Source of the DNA: Ruthenibacterium sp.
Lineage (GTDB): Bacteria; Bacillota; Clostridia; Oscillospirales; Ruminococcaceae
NCBI GenBank assembly: GCA_020025255.1
Contig: JAHHSK010000001.1
Coordinates: 98 to 64,097, forward strand
Direction of reading: 5' to 3'
DNA length: 64,000 bases
Shown piece by piece: positions 9,536 through 24,075 of the stretch; within the stretch, counting starts at the first letter, position 1; every line of letters starts with the position of its first letter. A program made the translations under genes and the position numbers. Under the pieces are notes generated by a model. That model was not told where the DNA came from, made no database searches, and saw only the letters and a program-made list of their open reading frames with translations.

Positions 9536-10312
9536 TCATTTCTTGTTTGCTGCAAGGGCTTGCTCTGCATCATCCCTCACGGCATAAATCACCGTTCCCG
9601 AACGGATAAAACCCAGCCGTTCGTAAAAGCCGCACCGTTCCTTTCGGCACATAAGCGAAACCGCACGCCCTTCGCCGGATAGTTTTGCCGCAAGCAGCGC
9701 CGTCAGCTTTCCGCCGATGCCTTGTCCGCGAAACGATTCCTTTGTTTCGATCCCGGATAAAAACGCCCGATCTTCATTCAGCGCATAGGCACCCGCCGTG
9801 GCTATGACTTTTCCCTTTGACACAGCCGCCCACACTTCGGCGGCACCATGCGTGCGTTTTGTACATAGTTCCGAATAAAAGTTATCCCACGCCGGCGCAT
9901 CCGTTTGCCGGCAGCAGAAAAAATCAGCGATTTTCGCTGCGGACGGGACCCGTTCGATTTCAAAATCAAGCCGGGCTGCCGGTACGGCTGCACTGCACGC
10001 ATCATACTCCATAGAAAAAAGCGGTTCCTGCATGCGGTAGCCCTGCGGCAGCTCGCCGCATACAAAAAGGGATTCCACACCCATAAACTTCAAAAAAACG
10101 CCCATTTCCTGCACATCATATGTACCGCACAGCCGCGCGCCTGCGCCTTTCACTTCCAGTGCGCCGGTGCGGTCAGCCGTAAAAAAGCGTATCCATGCAT
10201 CGGCTTTGCCAAACAGGGAAAAATCCGTCCGCATTTCCGGTTCCAACGCATTGCAGCGGCGCACCGCACGCAGAAAATCCCCGCGGGTCTCATCACCGAC
10301 CTGTGCAATCAA
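9536..10312 (-). CDS. GNAT family N-acetyltransferase
   Basis: C-terminal FRGQGIG and FYERLGF motifs; start overlaps the murD stop. Confidence 0.75.
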   Translation of the reverse strand: MIAQVGDETRGDFLRAVRRCNALEPEMRTDFSLFGKADAWIRFFTADRTGALEVKGAGARLCGTYDVQEMGVFLKFMGVESLFVCGELPQGYRMQEPLFSMEYDACSAAVPAARLDFEIERVPSAAKIADFFCCRQTDAPAWDNFYSELCTKRTHGAAEVWAAVSKGKVIATAGAYALNEDRAFLSGIETKESFRGQGIGGKLTALLAAKLSGEGRAVSLMCRKERCGFYERLGFIRSGTVIYAVRDDAEQALAANKK

Positions 10313-11703
10313 AGTGCGTTCACCAAAGCTTTGTAATGACGTCCGCGCACTTCAAAGTTCGGATAGCTGTCAAAGCTTGCACATGCCGGGGAAAGGGAAA
10401 CGATATCCCCTGGCTTTGCTGCATCCTTTGCAAGCTGTACGGCCTGTTCCATGCCATCGGCATGCAGGATGACAAGCCCGCTTGCGGCAAAGCCCGGGTC
10501 GGCACGAACCGCATCCTCGATCTTGCGTGCCGTTGCGCCCGTCAGGATCAGCGTTTTCACATGGGCGATCAGCTCCGGCGCAAGCGGTGCGAAGCTGATG
10601 CCTTTATCCGAGCCGCCTGCAATGATAATCAGCTTTTGATCAAATGCGCGCAGCCCGGCGATCACCCGGGTGGGGCTGGTAGCGATCGAATCGTTGAACC
10701 ACTGCACTCCATTCAATGTCCGCACCGGTTCGATCCGATGTTCCACTCCTGCAAAATGCTCTGCCACATCCGCCATGGCCTGTGTGCCGGCCAGCGTGCG
10801 GGTTGCGCAGAACGCAGCCAGCAGATTTTCCAGATTATGCTCCCCGCGCAGCGCAACCTTTGATTTATGGATCACCGGCGTCACGATCCCGTTTTCAGCA
10901 AGGCAGAGCATGCCGTCATCTCGCAGGAAACCGCCGTTTTCCACAATCGATTTGCGGGTGAACCAGCACATGCTTCCACGCACATCTTTCTGCATGCTGC
11001 GTGAAATATCATTTTCATAGCCCAGCACGGCATAGCCGTCTTTGCTTTGATACCGCAGGATGTTCCGCTTTGCGTCCACATACTCCTGCATATCCTTGTG
11101 ATGATCCAGATGATTGGGCGTGACATTCGTAACCACCGCAATATCCGGCGATTCCTGCATGCTGATCAGCTGAAAGCTGGAAAGTTCCACTACGGCGATA
11201 TCCTGCGGACGGATCGTATCCACGACCGGAAGCAGCGCACGGCCGAGATTGCCGCCCAGATGCACGGTATACCCCTGCCGTTCCAGAATTTTTGCCGTGA
11301 GCGTAGTGGTCGTTGTTTTGCCATCCGAGCCTGTAACCGCTACGATACGGCATGGGCACAGCCGGAAAAACAGTTCCATTTCACTTGTTACCTGCGCGCC
11401 TGCCTGTTTTGCGGCAACAAGCTCCGGCGTATAGTATTCAAAGCCCGGAGTGCGCATGATCATCTCCTGTCCTTTCAGACCATCCAGATAATGCTCACCC
11501 AATGAATATTCAATATCCAATCTGCGCAGAGCATCTGCGTAGGAGCCGAAGGCATCCAGATTCGGCTTTTTATCACAGAGTGTGATTTTTGCACCACACC
11601 GGCTGAACAGCTCGATACACTGCTGATTCGTCACACCCGTACCGATAAATGCAACCCGTCTGCCGCGCAGCGATTGATAAAACTCCTCGATTTTCTGATC
11701 CAT
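10309..11703 (-). CDS. murD: UDP-N-acetylmuramoyl-L-alanine--D-glutamate ligase
   Basis: TGSDGKTTT, ELSSFQL, NHLDHH, EHRIE, SPACASFD. Confidence 0.95.
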   Translation of the reverse strand: MDQKIEEFYQSLRGRRVAFIGTGVTNQQCIELFSRCGAKITLCDKKPNLDAFGSYADALRRLDIEYSLGEHYLDGLKGQEMIMRTPGFEYYTPELVAAKQAGAQVTSEMELFFRLCPCRIVAVTGSDGKTTTTTLTAKILERQGYTVHLGGNLGRALLPVVDTIRPQDIAVVELSSFQLISMQESPDIAVVTNVTPNHLDHHKDMQEYVDAKRNILRYQSKDGYAVLGYENDISRSMQKDVRGSMCWFTRKSIVENGGFLRDDGMLCLAENGIVTPVIHKSKVALRGEHNLENLLAAFCATRTLAGTQAMADVAEHFAGVEHRIEPVRTLNGVQWFNDSIATSPTRVIAGLRAFDQKLIIIAGGSDKGISFAPLAPELIAHVKTLILTGATARKIEDAVRADPGFAASGLVILHADGMEQAVQLAKDAAKPGDIVSLSPACASFDSYPNFEVRGRHYKALVNAL

Positions 11704-11919
11704 TGTCCCACCTCATTTGCATAAGTATAGCTAGTATAGCATATTTGAAAGCACTTTAAAAGGTTCACTAAGATTTTACTTGCGGATTCTTCCTTTTTCG
11801 TCAGGATTTCGTCTTGTTTGACCCGCCTTGTCATGTTAAAATAGATTCGTATCGGAAAACTAAAATCGAAAGCGGCGGAATCCCCGCCTGTTTTCCGTGT
11901 GACTGAGGAGGAACTGCTT

Positions 11920-14010
11920 TTGAATACGGAATTGTTCGGTTCGTTTGGAAGCCACTTGTTCGATGACCGCGTGATGCGCGAGCGTCTGCCGCTGCGGGTG
12001 TATGCCTCGCTGCGCGAAATTCGGGATGAAGGCAAGCCCTGGGATCCCGAAGTGGCCGATGTTGTCGCAGAGGCGATGAAAAACTGGGCCATGGAGCATG
12101 GCGCAACCCACTACATTCACTGGTTCAGCCCGATGACCGGCACCGGGAGCGGCAAGCACGACAGCTTTATTGACGGGGTAAATGAAGGCACTCCGATCTT
12201 GAATTTTTCCGGCAAAATGCTGGCAAAGGGAGAAAGCGATGCTTCCAGCTTCCCCTCCGGCGGTCTGCGCGCCACCTTTGAAGCGCGCGGCTACACGGCA
12301 TGGGACCCCACCTCCCCCGCCTTCGTTCTTGGCACAACTCTTTACATTCCCACCGCTTTCTGCGCTTACACCGGCGAAGCTCTTGACCAGAAAACACCGG
12401 TACTGCGCAGCATGCAGGCCGTCGGCAGCCAGGCTCTGCGCGTACTGCGCGCACTGGGCGATACCGAAACGGTTTCCGTTCAGCCCACGGTGGGTGCCGA
12501 ACAAGAATATTTTCTTGTGGACAAGGATCTTTTCGACCGTCGTCTTGACCTGAAAGTGTGCGGGCACACTCTGCTGGGTGCAAAGCCTCCCAAGGGGCAG
12601 GAATTGGAAGATCATTATTATGGCAGCATCAACGAGCGCGTGCGCGAATTCATGCGCGAATTGGATGACGAACTGTGGCATTTGGGTGTTCCTGCAAAAA
12701 CCGAGCATAACGAAGTGGCGCCCGGTCAGTATGAGCTTGCCAGCGTTTTTTCCACTGCCAATATCGCCTGTGATCACAACCAGATCATGATGGAGCTGAT
12801 GCGCAAGGTTGCTTTGCGCCACAATTTCGCATGCCTGCTGCATGAAAAGCCGTTTGCGGGCGTCAACGGCAGCGGCAAGCACAACAACTGGAGCCTTGTT
12901 ACCAACACCGGGCATAATCTGCTGAGCCCTTCTGATAAGCCGGAAGAAAACAATGTTTTTCTTGTTACGCTCTGCGCGGTTATTACGGCAGTGGATCAGT
13001 ATGCTGACCTGCTGCGCCTTTCCGCCGCCTGCCCCGGCAATGAAGACCGTCTGGGCGGAAATGAAGCCCCGCCCAGCATTGTGAGCGTGTTCTTGGGCAA
13101 CGCCCTGACGCACATGCTGCATGAACTGGCAGACGGCCACACGCTTCACCGTCAGGACCGCGGCGCACTGTGGACAGGCGTCAGCAGCCTGCCCTTGTTC
13201 AAGCTGGATGATTCCGACCGCAACCGCACTTCCCCGTTCGCCTTCACCGGCAACAAATTCGAATTCCGCATGGTCGGCTCCAGCCAGAGCATCGGCCTTG
13301 CCAACGCGGTAACAAATGCCATTGTTGCAGATGTTCTGCACGATTTTGCCGATAAGCTGGAAGATGCTGCCGATGTAAACGCCGTTGTGCATGAAATCGT
13401 TTCCGAAACCTGGCGCGAACACAGCCGCATCATCTTCAACGGCAACAACTACAGTCAGGAATGGGCTGCGGAAGCCGCCCGCCGTGGCCTGCCGGATATC
13501 CGCGGCATGGTCGATGCCGCCAATGCGTTTATCGACCCCAAAAATATCGCCATGTTCGAACGCACCAAGGTGTTCACGGAATCCGAATGCCGTTCCCGTT
13601 ATGAGATCACGCTGGAAACCTATTCCAAGCACATTCACATCGACGCTTCCACCATGCTGGAAATGGTCGATCGCAGCCTGATGCCGGCCGGCTATGAATA
13701 CCTGTCGCGTGTGAGCCGTGCATCATACTATACCGCACAGAACGGATGCACCTGCAAAAGCGTCAAGGCGGATCTGGAACTGCTGTGCGCGGTGCTGGAT
13801 CGCACTGCGGATGCGACCCATGCGCTTCGCAAGGCACTGAACGATCTGGATCAATCCCATCTTGGGGAAAAAGCGCGCGCCGAAGCATGCCGCAGTCTGC
13901 GTGAAAATGAAATGGCCGCCCTGCGTCTTGCCGCAGATGAATTGGAACAGCAGGTTCCGCAGACTTATTGGCCGATGCCGGATTACTGTGATCTTCTGTT
14001 CGATCTGTAA
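11920..14010 (+). CDS. glnA: Glutamine synthetase type III
   Basis: HWFSPMTG, DASSFPSGGLRATFEARGYTAWD, HEKPFAGVNGSGKHNN, DRNRTSPFAFTGNKFEFR. Start placed at TTG 11920 behind GAGGAGG, in frame with the 11899 ORF. Confidence 0.93.
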   Translation: MNTELFGSFGSHLFDDRVMRERLPLRVYASLREIRDEGKPWDPEVADVVAEAMKNWAMEHGATHYIHWFSPMTGTGSGKHDSFIDGVNEGTPILNFSGKMLAKGESDASSFPSGGLRATFEARGYTAWDPTSPAFVLGTTLYIPTAFCAYTGEALDQKTPVLRSMQAVGSQALRVLRALGDTETVSVQPTVGAEQEYFLVDKDLFDRRLDLKVCGHTLLGAKPPKGQELEDHYYGSINERVREFMRELDDELWHLGVPAKTEHNEVAPGQYELASVFSTANIACDHNQIMMELMRKVALRHNFACLLHEKPFAGVNGSGKHNNWSLVTNTGHNLLSPSDKPEENNVFLVTLCAVITAVDQYADLLRLSAACPGNEDRLGGNEAPPSIVSVFLGNALTHMLHELADGHTLHRQDRGALWTGVSSLPLFKLDDSDRNRTSPFAFTGNKFEFRMVGSSQSIGLANAVTNAIVADVLHDFADKLEDAADVNAVVHEIVSETWREHSRIIFNGNNYSQEWAAEAARRGLPDIRGMVDAANAFIDPKNIAMFERTKVFTESECRSRYEITLETYSKHIHIDASTMLEMVDRSLMPAGYEYLSRVSRASYYTAQNGCTCKSVKADLELLCAVLDRTADATHALRKALNDLDQSHLGEKARAEACRSLRENEMAALRLAADELEQQVPQTYWPMPDYCDLLFDL

Positions 14011-14107
14011 GCGGCACTGCCGGCGTTTGCCCGATCGATTCTGTACCGGAAGTCTTTTGAGCGGCGTTTTCAGCGTGCGCCTGCACAGGATATTTTTCAC
14101 ACAAACG

Positions 14108-14150
14108 AAAACGGAGTATATGAACTTGAAGTTCATATACTCCGTTTTTT
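14108..14150. terminator. Bidirectional terminator (glnA/proC)
   Basis: AAAACGGAGTATATGAACT-TGA-AGTTCATATACTCCGTTTTTT. Confidence 0.8.
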
Positions 14151-14209
14151 ATTTTGCCGTTTTTTGTGACGTATTTTCTATGATGCGCACACTCTATTCC
14201 AAGAGCCGC

Positions 14210-15004
14210 TTACCGCTGTTCGATCGCATCGATCGCGTTGATGACGGCCGAACGCAGCCCGCTGCGTTCCAGTTCGATCACGCCGCGGATCGTTGTCCCG
14301 CCGGGCGAACATACCGCATCCTTCAATACACCGGGATGTTCGCCGGATTCCACCAGCATCCGCCCTGTGCCGGACACCATTTTACCCGCCAGACGGTACG
14401 CCATTTCACGCGTCATTCCATATTTAACGCCGGCATCCCCCAAGGCTTCGATAAACATACTGACAAATGCCGGGCCGCAGCCCGCCACGGTTCCTGCAAT
14501 ATCAAACAGACGGCTTTCGATCGGCTGAACCAGGCTGATAAACGACAGCAGCTCTTCCACCAGACTGTATTCCTCCTGTGTCAGCGTATGCTCCTGTTCC
14601 AGCAGTATCACACCATCACACACGCGCACCGGTGTGTTGGGCATAGTGCTGATGTGATGCGTTCCGGGCATAAAGCGTTCCCACTCGGTATTCTGCCAGC
14701 CCGCAGCTACTGAAACAATGATTTTATTTGACAGCATACCGCGCACGGATTCCAGTACTGTTTCGATCCGATACGGCTTCACCGCCACGATCACAAGATC
14801 CGATCGTTCGGCAACTTCCTGCACTGTACGGCAGGGATACATGCCTTTCGGTTGTGTCACTGTACAGAGTTTTTCGTATCGCTTTGCACAGGCACAGATC
14901 TGCTGCGCACGCAGCGCCCCGGAGCGAATCAGCCCCTCGGCAATCGCCTGTGCCATATTGCCAAAGCCGACAAAGCCGACTATCAATTCTTCTCTTGCCT
15001 TCAT
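14210..15004 (-). CDS. proC: Pyrroline-5-carboxylate reductase
   Basis: GFGNMA, AVKP, MPNTP, GCGPAF, VCSPGGTTI. Confidence 0.95.
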   Translation of the reverse strand: MKAREELIVGFVGFGNMAQAIAEGLIRSGALRAQQICACAKRYEKLCTVTQPKGMYPCRTVQEVAERSDLVIVAVKPYRIETVLESVRGMLSNKIIVSVAAGWQNTEWERFMPGTHHISTMPNTPVRVCDGVILLEQEHTLTQEEYSLVEELLSFISLVQPIESRLFDIAGTVAGCGPAFVSMFIEALGDAGVKYGMTREMAYRLAGKMVSGTGRMLVESGEHPGVLKDAVCSPGGTTIRGVIELERSGLRSAVINAIDAIEQR

Positions 15005-15030
15005 GCTTATTTTCCCCTTGCCTTAATTTA

Positions 15031-16326
15031 TCATAATCCGGGCAGACCGTCGAAATACGTATCCACCTGCGGTTCATCCGTCTGCGAAAAATGACGGCGC
15101 GCATACCACACGGCATATCCTCCCAGGATCAACACCTGCGTCAGCTGCGCCAGAATGGCCGCATAGGTTGCACCTTGCAGCTGCCAGCGTGCAACGCACG
15201 GGGAACTGATCAGCGCGGAAACAAGAATGGCGCATACATTGGCAATGATCAGTTCTTTCATGCGCCGCATCACGGTAAGCACCATGCTGTAAAACAGCAC
15301 CAAGGCTGTCAGGATCGATGATATCACCATAGGTGCCAGCAGATATTGGTACTGTGCAAGACTTGGCGCCACAAAGGTTTCAAGCCCCCAGCGGCCCAAA
15401 AAATGCACCCCCAGCAGCCCGATCGGCAGCAGCGCCAGCACTACGGCCTGTACGCCCAGCACGGCCTTAAAAAAGCCCTTGCGGTCGCGGTGCGCATAGC
15501 TTGTAGCAAAAATGGTAATGAATGGATTGAACAGATAGGTTGCCCCCACCTGCAGCAGCACGACCGGCTGCGTTACCGGGCCATAAATGCCCAGTGCGGT
15601 TTGCCCCAGCTTCCCGGCAAGCACCAGCTTCGGGATCGAAGCCGCCGTTGTATTCAAAAAGCTGTATACGGCAAGCGGCAGACATTCCAGCAGCAGCGCT
15701 GTCACATGCGAAACCGGCGGATGTTCCGGCGTATAGAACGCGCGCGCTTGAGGCAGCGAATAGAATACGAACACCAGAAGGCTCGTTGCAAACATGACAA
15801 GCAGCGTCAGAACGATATTGCCCGTAACTTTAAGCATCAGCACAAAGGAAAGGATCGTCACGACCCCGCGCACGGCATACGTTTTGCCTACGATATCCAG
15901 ACGTTCGCTGCGCTGGTCGATCGCATTGTAGATATCCGTAAAGGATTCCACCATGCGGTATCCCAAAAACAGCATGACGCAGATGCTTTGCTCGGCACTG
16001 TACGGATTTTCCCCTGTCAGTGCATTATAAGCGACAAAGCCCGCACAAAGTGCGGATGCCATGGCACAAGTCCATATCCGGCTGCGGATATAGGTACTGG
16101 CAGAGTATAGTTCCTTGATATCGGATACCTGAAAGCTGTACATCCCATACGAGGCGATCGCAAGGAAAATCCCCGTCGCCGTCAGTGCCGTATTATATAC
16201 GCCGGAAACCTGCTCCCCTGCCAGACGCACCACAAGGATCCCGCACAGATACTGGCTGATCATGTAACACAGCTGACCAAAAGTATTCCATAAAATATTT
16301 CGTTTCATTGTCTGGGCGTCCTGCAC
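15031..16326 (-). CDS. Polysaccharide biosynthesis/export membrane protein (Wzx flippase-like)
   Basis: KRNILWNTFG N-terminus, about 12 hydrophobic segments, AGGAGG RBS before GTG. Confidence 0.7.
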   Translation of the reverse strand: MQDAQTMKRNILWNTFGQLCYMISQYLCGILVVRLAGEQVSGVYNTALTATGIFLAIASYGMYSFQVSDIKELYSASTYIRSRIWTCAMASALCAGFVAYNALTGENPYSAEQSICVMLFLGYRMVESFTDIYNAIDQRSERLDIVGKTYAVRGVVTILSFVLMLKVTGNIVLTLLVMFATSLLVFVFYSLPQARAFYTPEHPPVSHVTALLLECLPLAVYSFLNTTAASIPKLVLAGKLGQTALGIYGPVTQPVVLLQVGATYLFNPFITIFATSYAHRDRKGFFKAVLGVQAVVLALLPIGLLGVHFLGRWGLETFVAPSLAQYQYLLAPMVISSILTALVLFYSMVLTVMRRMKELIIANVCAILVSALISSPCVARWQLQGATYAAILAQLTQVLILGGYAVWYARRHFSQTDEPQVDTYFDGLPGL

Positions 16327-16460
16327 AGCACGGCGCCTCCTTTCCCGATTTTATCGTATTCCATAGAATGTTTTCCGCTGTAATCTTTAACAGTATATCA
16401 TTATTATGGCAAAAAAGAAAGCGGACAAAATGTCCGCTTTCTTCATTTCGTTTTGCCGGA

Positions 16461-16859
16461 TCAGATCTTCGTAACCTGAATTCGAGTAAGTGCACGCTTT
16501 AAACGCGCCTGCGCCAATTCCAGCTCACGCTGATCTTTCGCCTTTGCCACCAACTGTTCGGCGCGTTCTTTTGCCCGCTGTGCGCGGTCGATATCAATAT
16601 CTTCCGCCCATTCGAAAGTGGTTGCCACAAGGCGCACATTGTTTTTCATAACAGCCAGCATCCCGCCCGCGCAGGCCGCGCTGCGGCGCTTGCCGTCAAT
16701 CACAACCGAAGTAGTGCCCGTACCCAATGCCGTCACATAAGGGGAATGCTTGGGCAGGATGCACACATCGCCGTCAATGGTACGCACAATCAGCTTTTCC
16801 GCTTCTCCGTCGTAAAATCCTCCATCCGGCGTTACGATCTGCAAATGAAAGGTAGCCAT
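16461..16859 (-). CDS. atpC: ATP synthase epsilon subunit
   Basis: LQIVTPDG, ILPKH, DIDIDRA...RLKRA; operon position. Confidence 0.95.
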   Translation of the reverse strand: MATFHLQIVTPDGGFYDGEAEKLIVRTIDGDVCILPKHSPYVTALGTGTTSVVIDGKRRSAACAGGMLAVMKNNVRLVATTFEWAEDIDIDRAQRAKERAEQLVAKAKDQRELELAQARLKRALTRIQVTKI

Positions 16860-16912
16860 AAAAAAATCCTTTCCGGAAGTAATTTCTCTGCGTCCATGCG
16901 AACGCCGATTCC

Positions 16913-19200
<2,288 letters not shown>

Positions 19201-19215
19201 GCTGCCGAGCCTCCT

Positions 19216-20736
<1,521 letters not shown>

Positions 20737-20772
20737 AGTCTCACCAACTTTCCTACGTTCAAATACACCGGC

Positions 20773-21306
20773 TTATGCCTGTGTCAGCGCACGGCGCAGC
20801 GAAGCCAGACGGCCGGCTGCCGTGCCATCCAATTCCTTGCCTTCATAGCGCAGACGGATACCGCCCAGAACGGACGGATCGACATGGGTTTCCAGCAAAA
20901 TAGTCTTGCCGGTTTTTTCGCCCAGCTTCGCGCACAGAGCTTTCTTTTGTACTTCGTCCAGTTCCACTGCGCTGGTCGCCTGCACCGGCAGGATGCCGCG
21001 CTGTTCATACAGACGCGATTTATATTCCTGCAGGCAGCCGGCCGCTGCGCCGAGCATGGAGCGTTCGCACAAAATCTTCAAAAAATTCAGCACATATCTG
21101 TGCACGCCTTCCCCGAAGGCTTCGTCCAGCATAGCCAGACGGTCGCTTTTCGGCAGGGCAGGATTCTGCACCAGCTTGATATATTCCGGCATCTGTGCAA
21201 ACAGCTTTACGGCTGTTTGCAGCCCTTCCAGGCATGCATCCTCACAGTGCTCATCCTTTGCAAGCTCGTAAAGTGCGCCGCCGAATTCCCGCTCTGCCGC
21301 TGTCAT
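20773..21306 (-). CDS. atpH: ATP synthase delta subunit
   Basis: NFLKIL, VDPSVLGG; lies between atpF and atpA. Confidence 0.9.
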   Translation of the reverse strand: MTAAEREFGGALYELAKDEHCEDACLEGLQTAVKLFAQMPEYIKLVQNPALPKSDRLAMLDEAFGEGVHRYVLNFLKILCERSMLGAAAGCLQEYKSRLYEQRGILPVQATSAVELDEVQKKALCAKLGEKTGKTILLETHVDPSVLGGIRLRYEGKELDGTAAGRLASLRRALTQA

Positions 21307-21809
21307 GATGCATCACCCACACGGTTGATGAAATCGTCGATCAGCTCTTTGTGAACCGCAGGATCGATTTCCTTTTCCACAACGCGTCCGGCAATATCCA
21401 GCGCAAGCTCGGAAATATCATTTTTCAGTTCACCGGCAGCCTTGCGCCGTTCGCTTTCGATTTCAGCATTGGCTTTGGTTTTGATTGCCGCCGCCTGCTG
21501 CCGCGCTTCGCTCACCAGTTCTTCCCCGCGTGCTGCTGCACGTGCCGTAGCAGTTCGGACGATTTCGCCCGCTTCTTCTTTGGCACTGGCAAGCCGCGTC
21601 TCGTATTCTTTCTTCATTCCCATGGCATCCTCCTGCGCACGCTGTGCATCGGAATAGGATGTCTCGATTTCTTCTCTGCGCTTTTCTAAGATTTCCTGCA
21701 CCGGCTTGAACAGAAAGTGCTTTACACCGGCTGCAAGCAAAATCAGGTTGCAGATCTGGAAGACGAACGTCCAAGGCACGAAGGTAACGAGGTCCTGAAA
21801 TTGTTTCAT
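21303..21809 (-). CDS. atpF: ATP synthase b subunit
   Basis: N-terminal TM, LFKPV..ILEKR, long coiled coil. Confidence 0.92.
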   Translation of the reverse strand: MKQFQDLVTFVPWTFVFQICNLILLAAGVKHFLFKPVQEILEKRREEIETSYSDAQRAQEDAMGMKKEYETRLASAKEEAGEIVRTATARAAARGEELVSEARQQAAAIKTKANAEIESERRKAAGELKNDISELALDIAGRVVEKEIDPAVHKELIDDFINRVGDAS

Positions 21810-21863
21810 TCTGTCTCCTCCTTCCGGCAGCAGGCCGTACAGCCGCCGCCTTTTGCCTTTTGA

Positions 21864-22139
<276 letters not shown>

Positions 22140-22212
22140 CTAAAATAGTTTGTTTTTTGTATTTTCAGTGCACTGGATAAGCGCATCGGAAAATTGTGTC
22201 GATCAGGCGGCG

Positions 22213-22965
22213 TTATCCCTCGGTATCTGCCGCACTTGCAATATACAGGGTCGTGAGCATACAGAAAATAAAGGCCTGCATAAAGCTTGAGAAAAGGTCA
22301 AAATAAACGCTGAGCACTGCTGGTACACCCACCTGCAAAACCGGGATCGCACCCAGGATTTCGCCTGCGGCACCCGGCAGCCACGCAAACAGCGCATGCG
22401 AAGCCGCTGCAAGTGCAGCGTAGACAAGCGATGTGATAACACTGCCCGATACAATGTTGCCGAAATGACGGAACGCCATGGAAATCGGCGTAGCAAGCTC
22501 CGACAGGATATTGAACGGCGTCAGCACCGCAATGGGCTGCGTAAAGCCTTTGAGATAACCGCCCACCCCTCCGGTGCGGATCTTGGTGTATGTGATAAGC
22601 ACGAATACGATCACTGCCCACGCCATGGTGGTGGACAAATCGCTCGTCGGCGGGAAAAGCCCGACAAGGCTCAACAGGCTCGACAGCAGCGATGAAGCGA
22701 ACAGAGCTGCCACAAACGGGGAATAATAGGCAAACTTTTCGCCCATATTTCCGTTTACAAAGTTCTGCGCAGTCTCCACCAGAAATTCTGCAACGACCTG
22801 TCGTTTGCTTACCTGCCTTACCTTCAGTCCGCGCGTCAGGATGATGCACAGCCCCAGAATGATCAATGTTACAAGCAAGCTGTTTACGACGGTTGCCGTA
22901 ATGGGGATTCCGCCAAAAACGGGGATCGTAAAGTAAATACGTGCGCCGGTGATATCAACGTTCAT
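22213..22965 (-). CDS. atpB: ATP synthase a subunit
   Basis: PPTSDL, PISMAFRHFGN, MQAFIFCML. Confidence 0.95.
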   Translation of the reverse strand: MNVDITGARIYFTIPVFGGIPITATVVNSLLVTLIILGLCIILTRGLKVRQVSKRQVVAEFLVETAQNFVNGNMGEKFAYYSPFVAALFASSLLSSLLSLVGLFPPTSDLSTTMAWAVIVFVLITYTKIRTGGVGGYLKGFTQPIAVLTPFNILSELATPISMAFRHFGNIVSGSVITSLVYAALAAASHALFAWLPGAAGEILGAIPVLQVGVPAVLSVYFDLFSSFMQAFIFCMLTTLYIASAADTEG

Positions 22966-23381
22966 ACCGGCTCATCGCCTCCTTCCTTATTTTGGGTCGG
23001 TTTGTATACGCCCAGAATCTGCATTGCAAAAATAGTCAGCCGCGGAAACAGCAGCGGGATGATTGTCGCCGCCCACGAAAAACAAGGCAGCAGGATCCCC
23101 AGCGCCGCTACGGCCACAGTGGCCAACATGCGCAGGCTGTACGACAGCTGCAATACAAGCTTTCCTCTCTTTTCGCTTGTTTCAGCTGCCATTTTCTGCA
23201 CGCTGATGCCCAGCAAAAAGAAGTTGACAACTGCAAAGCCGCCGCCAAGCAGCGTGCCCCACAGTACTGTCATGTCCCACTTATTCAAAAGCAGGAAGAT
23301 CAGGTTCATAAGAATCGAAAACGCAAGCGTACCTGCTGCAATGTGCAGCGTTTCGCGTTTCACTGTCTGCTGTATTTTCAT
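22962..23381 (-). CDS. atpI: ATP synthase I-like membrane protein
   Basis: Four-TM protein overlapping the atpB start; ATG 23381 follows a GGAAAGG RBS (3' part of the 22962..23624 ORF). Confidence 0.75.
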   Translation of the reverse strand: MKIQQTVKRETLHIAAGTLAFSILMNLIFLLLNKWDMTVLWGTLLGGGFAVVNFFLLGISVQKMAAETSEKRGKLVLQLSYSLRMLATVAVAALGILLPCFSWAATIIPLLFPRLTIFAMQILGVYKPTQNKEGGDEPV

Positions 23382-23431
23382 ATAACCCTTTCCTATCATA
23401 CGCAAAGATTTGAAATCACCGATTATAAAAA

Positions 23432-23683
23432 TTATTTTTTGTTGTTTTTCCGGCGGAACATTTTCACAAATTCGGCAAACGTGCTGGCTGCTGTTCCAAG
23501 CCCCAGAACGATTGCCGCAATAAAGATCCACGGCCCTACGGAAAAACGCTTCGTCAGCCAAAAGGCACCGGCAAGGCACACAACCAACGGAAACGCCAGC
23601 GAAAAACCAAGCTGCGTCAGCCACGCCAGATTTTTAAGCGCACCAAACCAATCTTGTTTTTTCACTTTTTCCTCCTTTGTCAT
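23432..23683 (-). CDS. AtpZ/AtpI-family small membrane protein (first gene of the atp operon)
   Basis: LTQLGFSLAFPL...G.WL..RF two-TM pattern at the head of the operon. Confidence 0.7.
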   Translation of the reverse strand: MTKEEKVKKQDWFGALKNLAWLTQLGFSLAFPLVVCLAGAFWLTKRFSVGPWIFIAAIVLGLGTAASTFAEFVKMFRRKNNKK

Positions 23684-24075
23684 CCTTTTTTCAGCGTTAA
23701 GCTTTATATTAGCAATATAAATAATATCATATCAAAACTTTTGTGCAAATACAATGTTTAATTATTGACAAAAAGGATTTTTTACTGAATTCTATTTTTT
23801 TCACAATCCGGTAAGTCAAAAAAAGAAAAAATTTTCCAACTTAATATATTTTTTCCGGTTTTGTCGTTTTATCCGTTCAATTTTTATTTTTCTTCCGGTA
23901 TGCCTTGCCATGCACAGCAGTTAATGGTATCCTATATAGGAATAAAATGAATCGGACAGCGTTGAAAAGTATAGCATGTACGCAGTGGATGAGCAACAGA
24001 CAAATACGGCCGTCTGTTTAAAACCTGCGGCGTTTTCCGGAAAAGTGTATAGTATATAAGGGAGAGAGCAGGATA

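Noticed and set aside
11860..13638. 592-aa minus-strand ORF
   Set aside because: Antisense shadow of glutamine synthetase III; no recognisable motifs.
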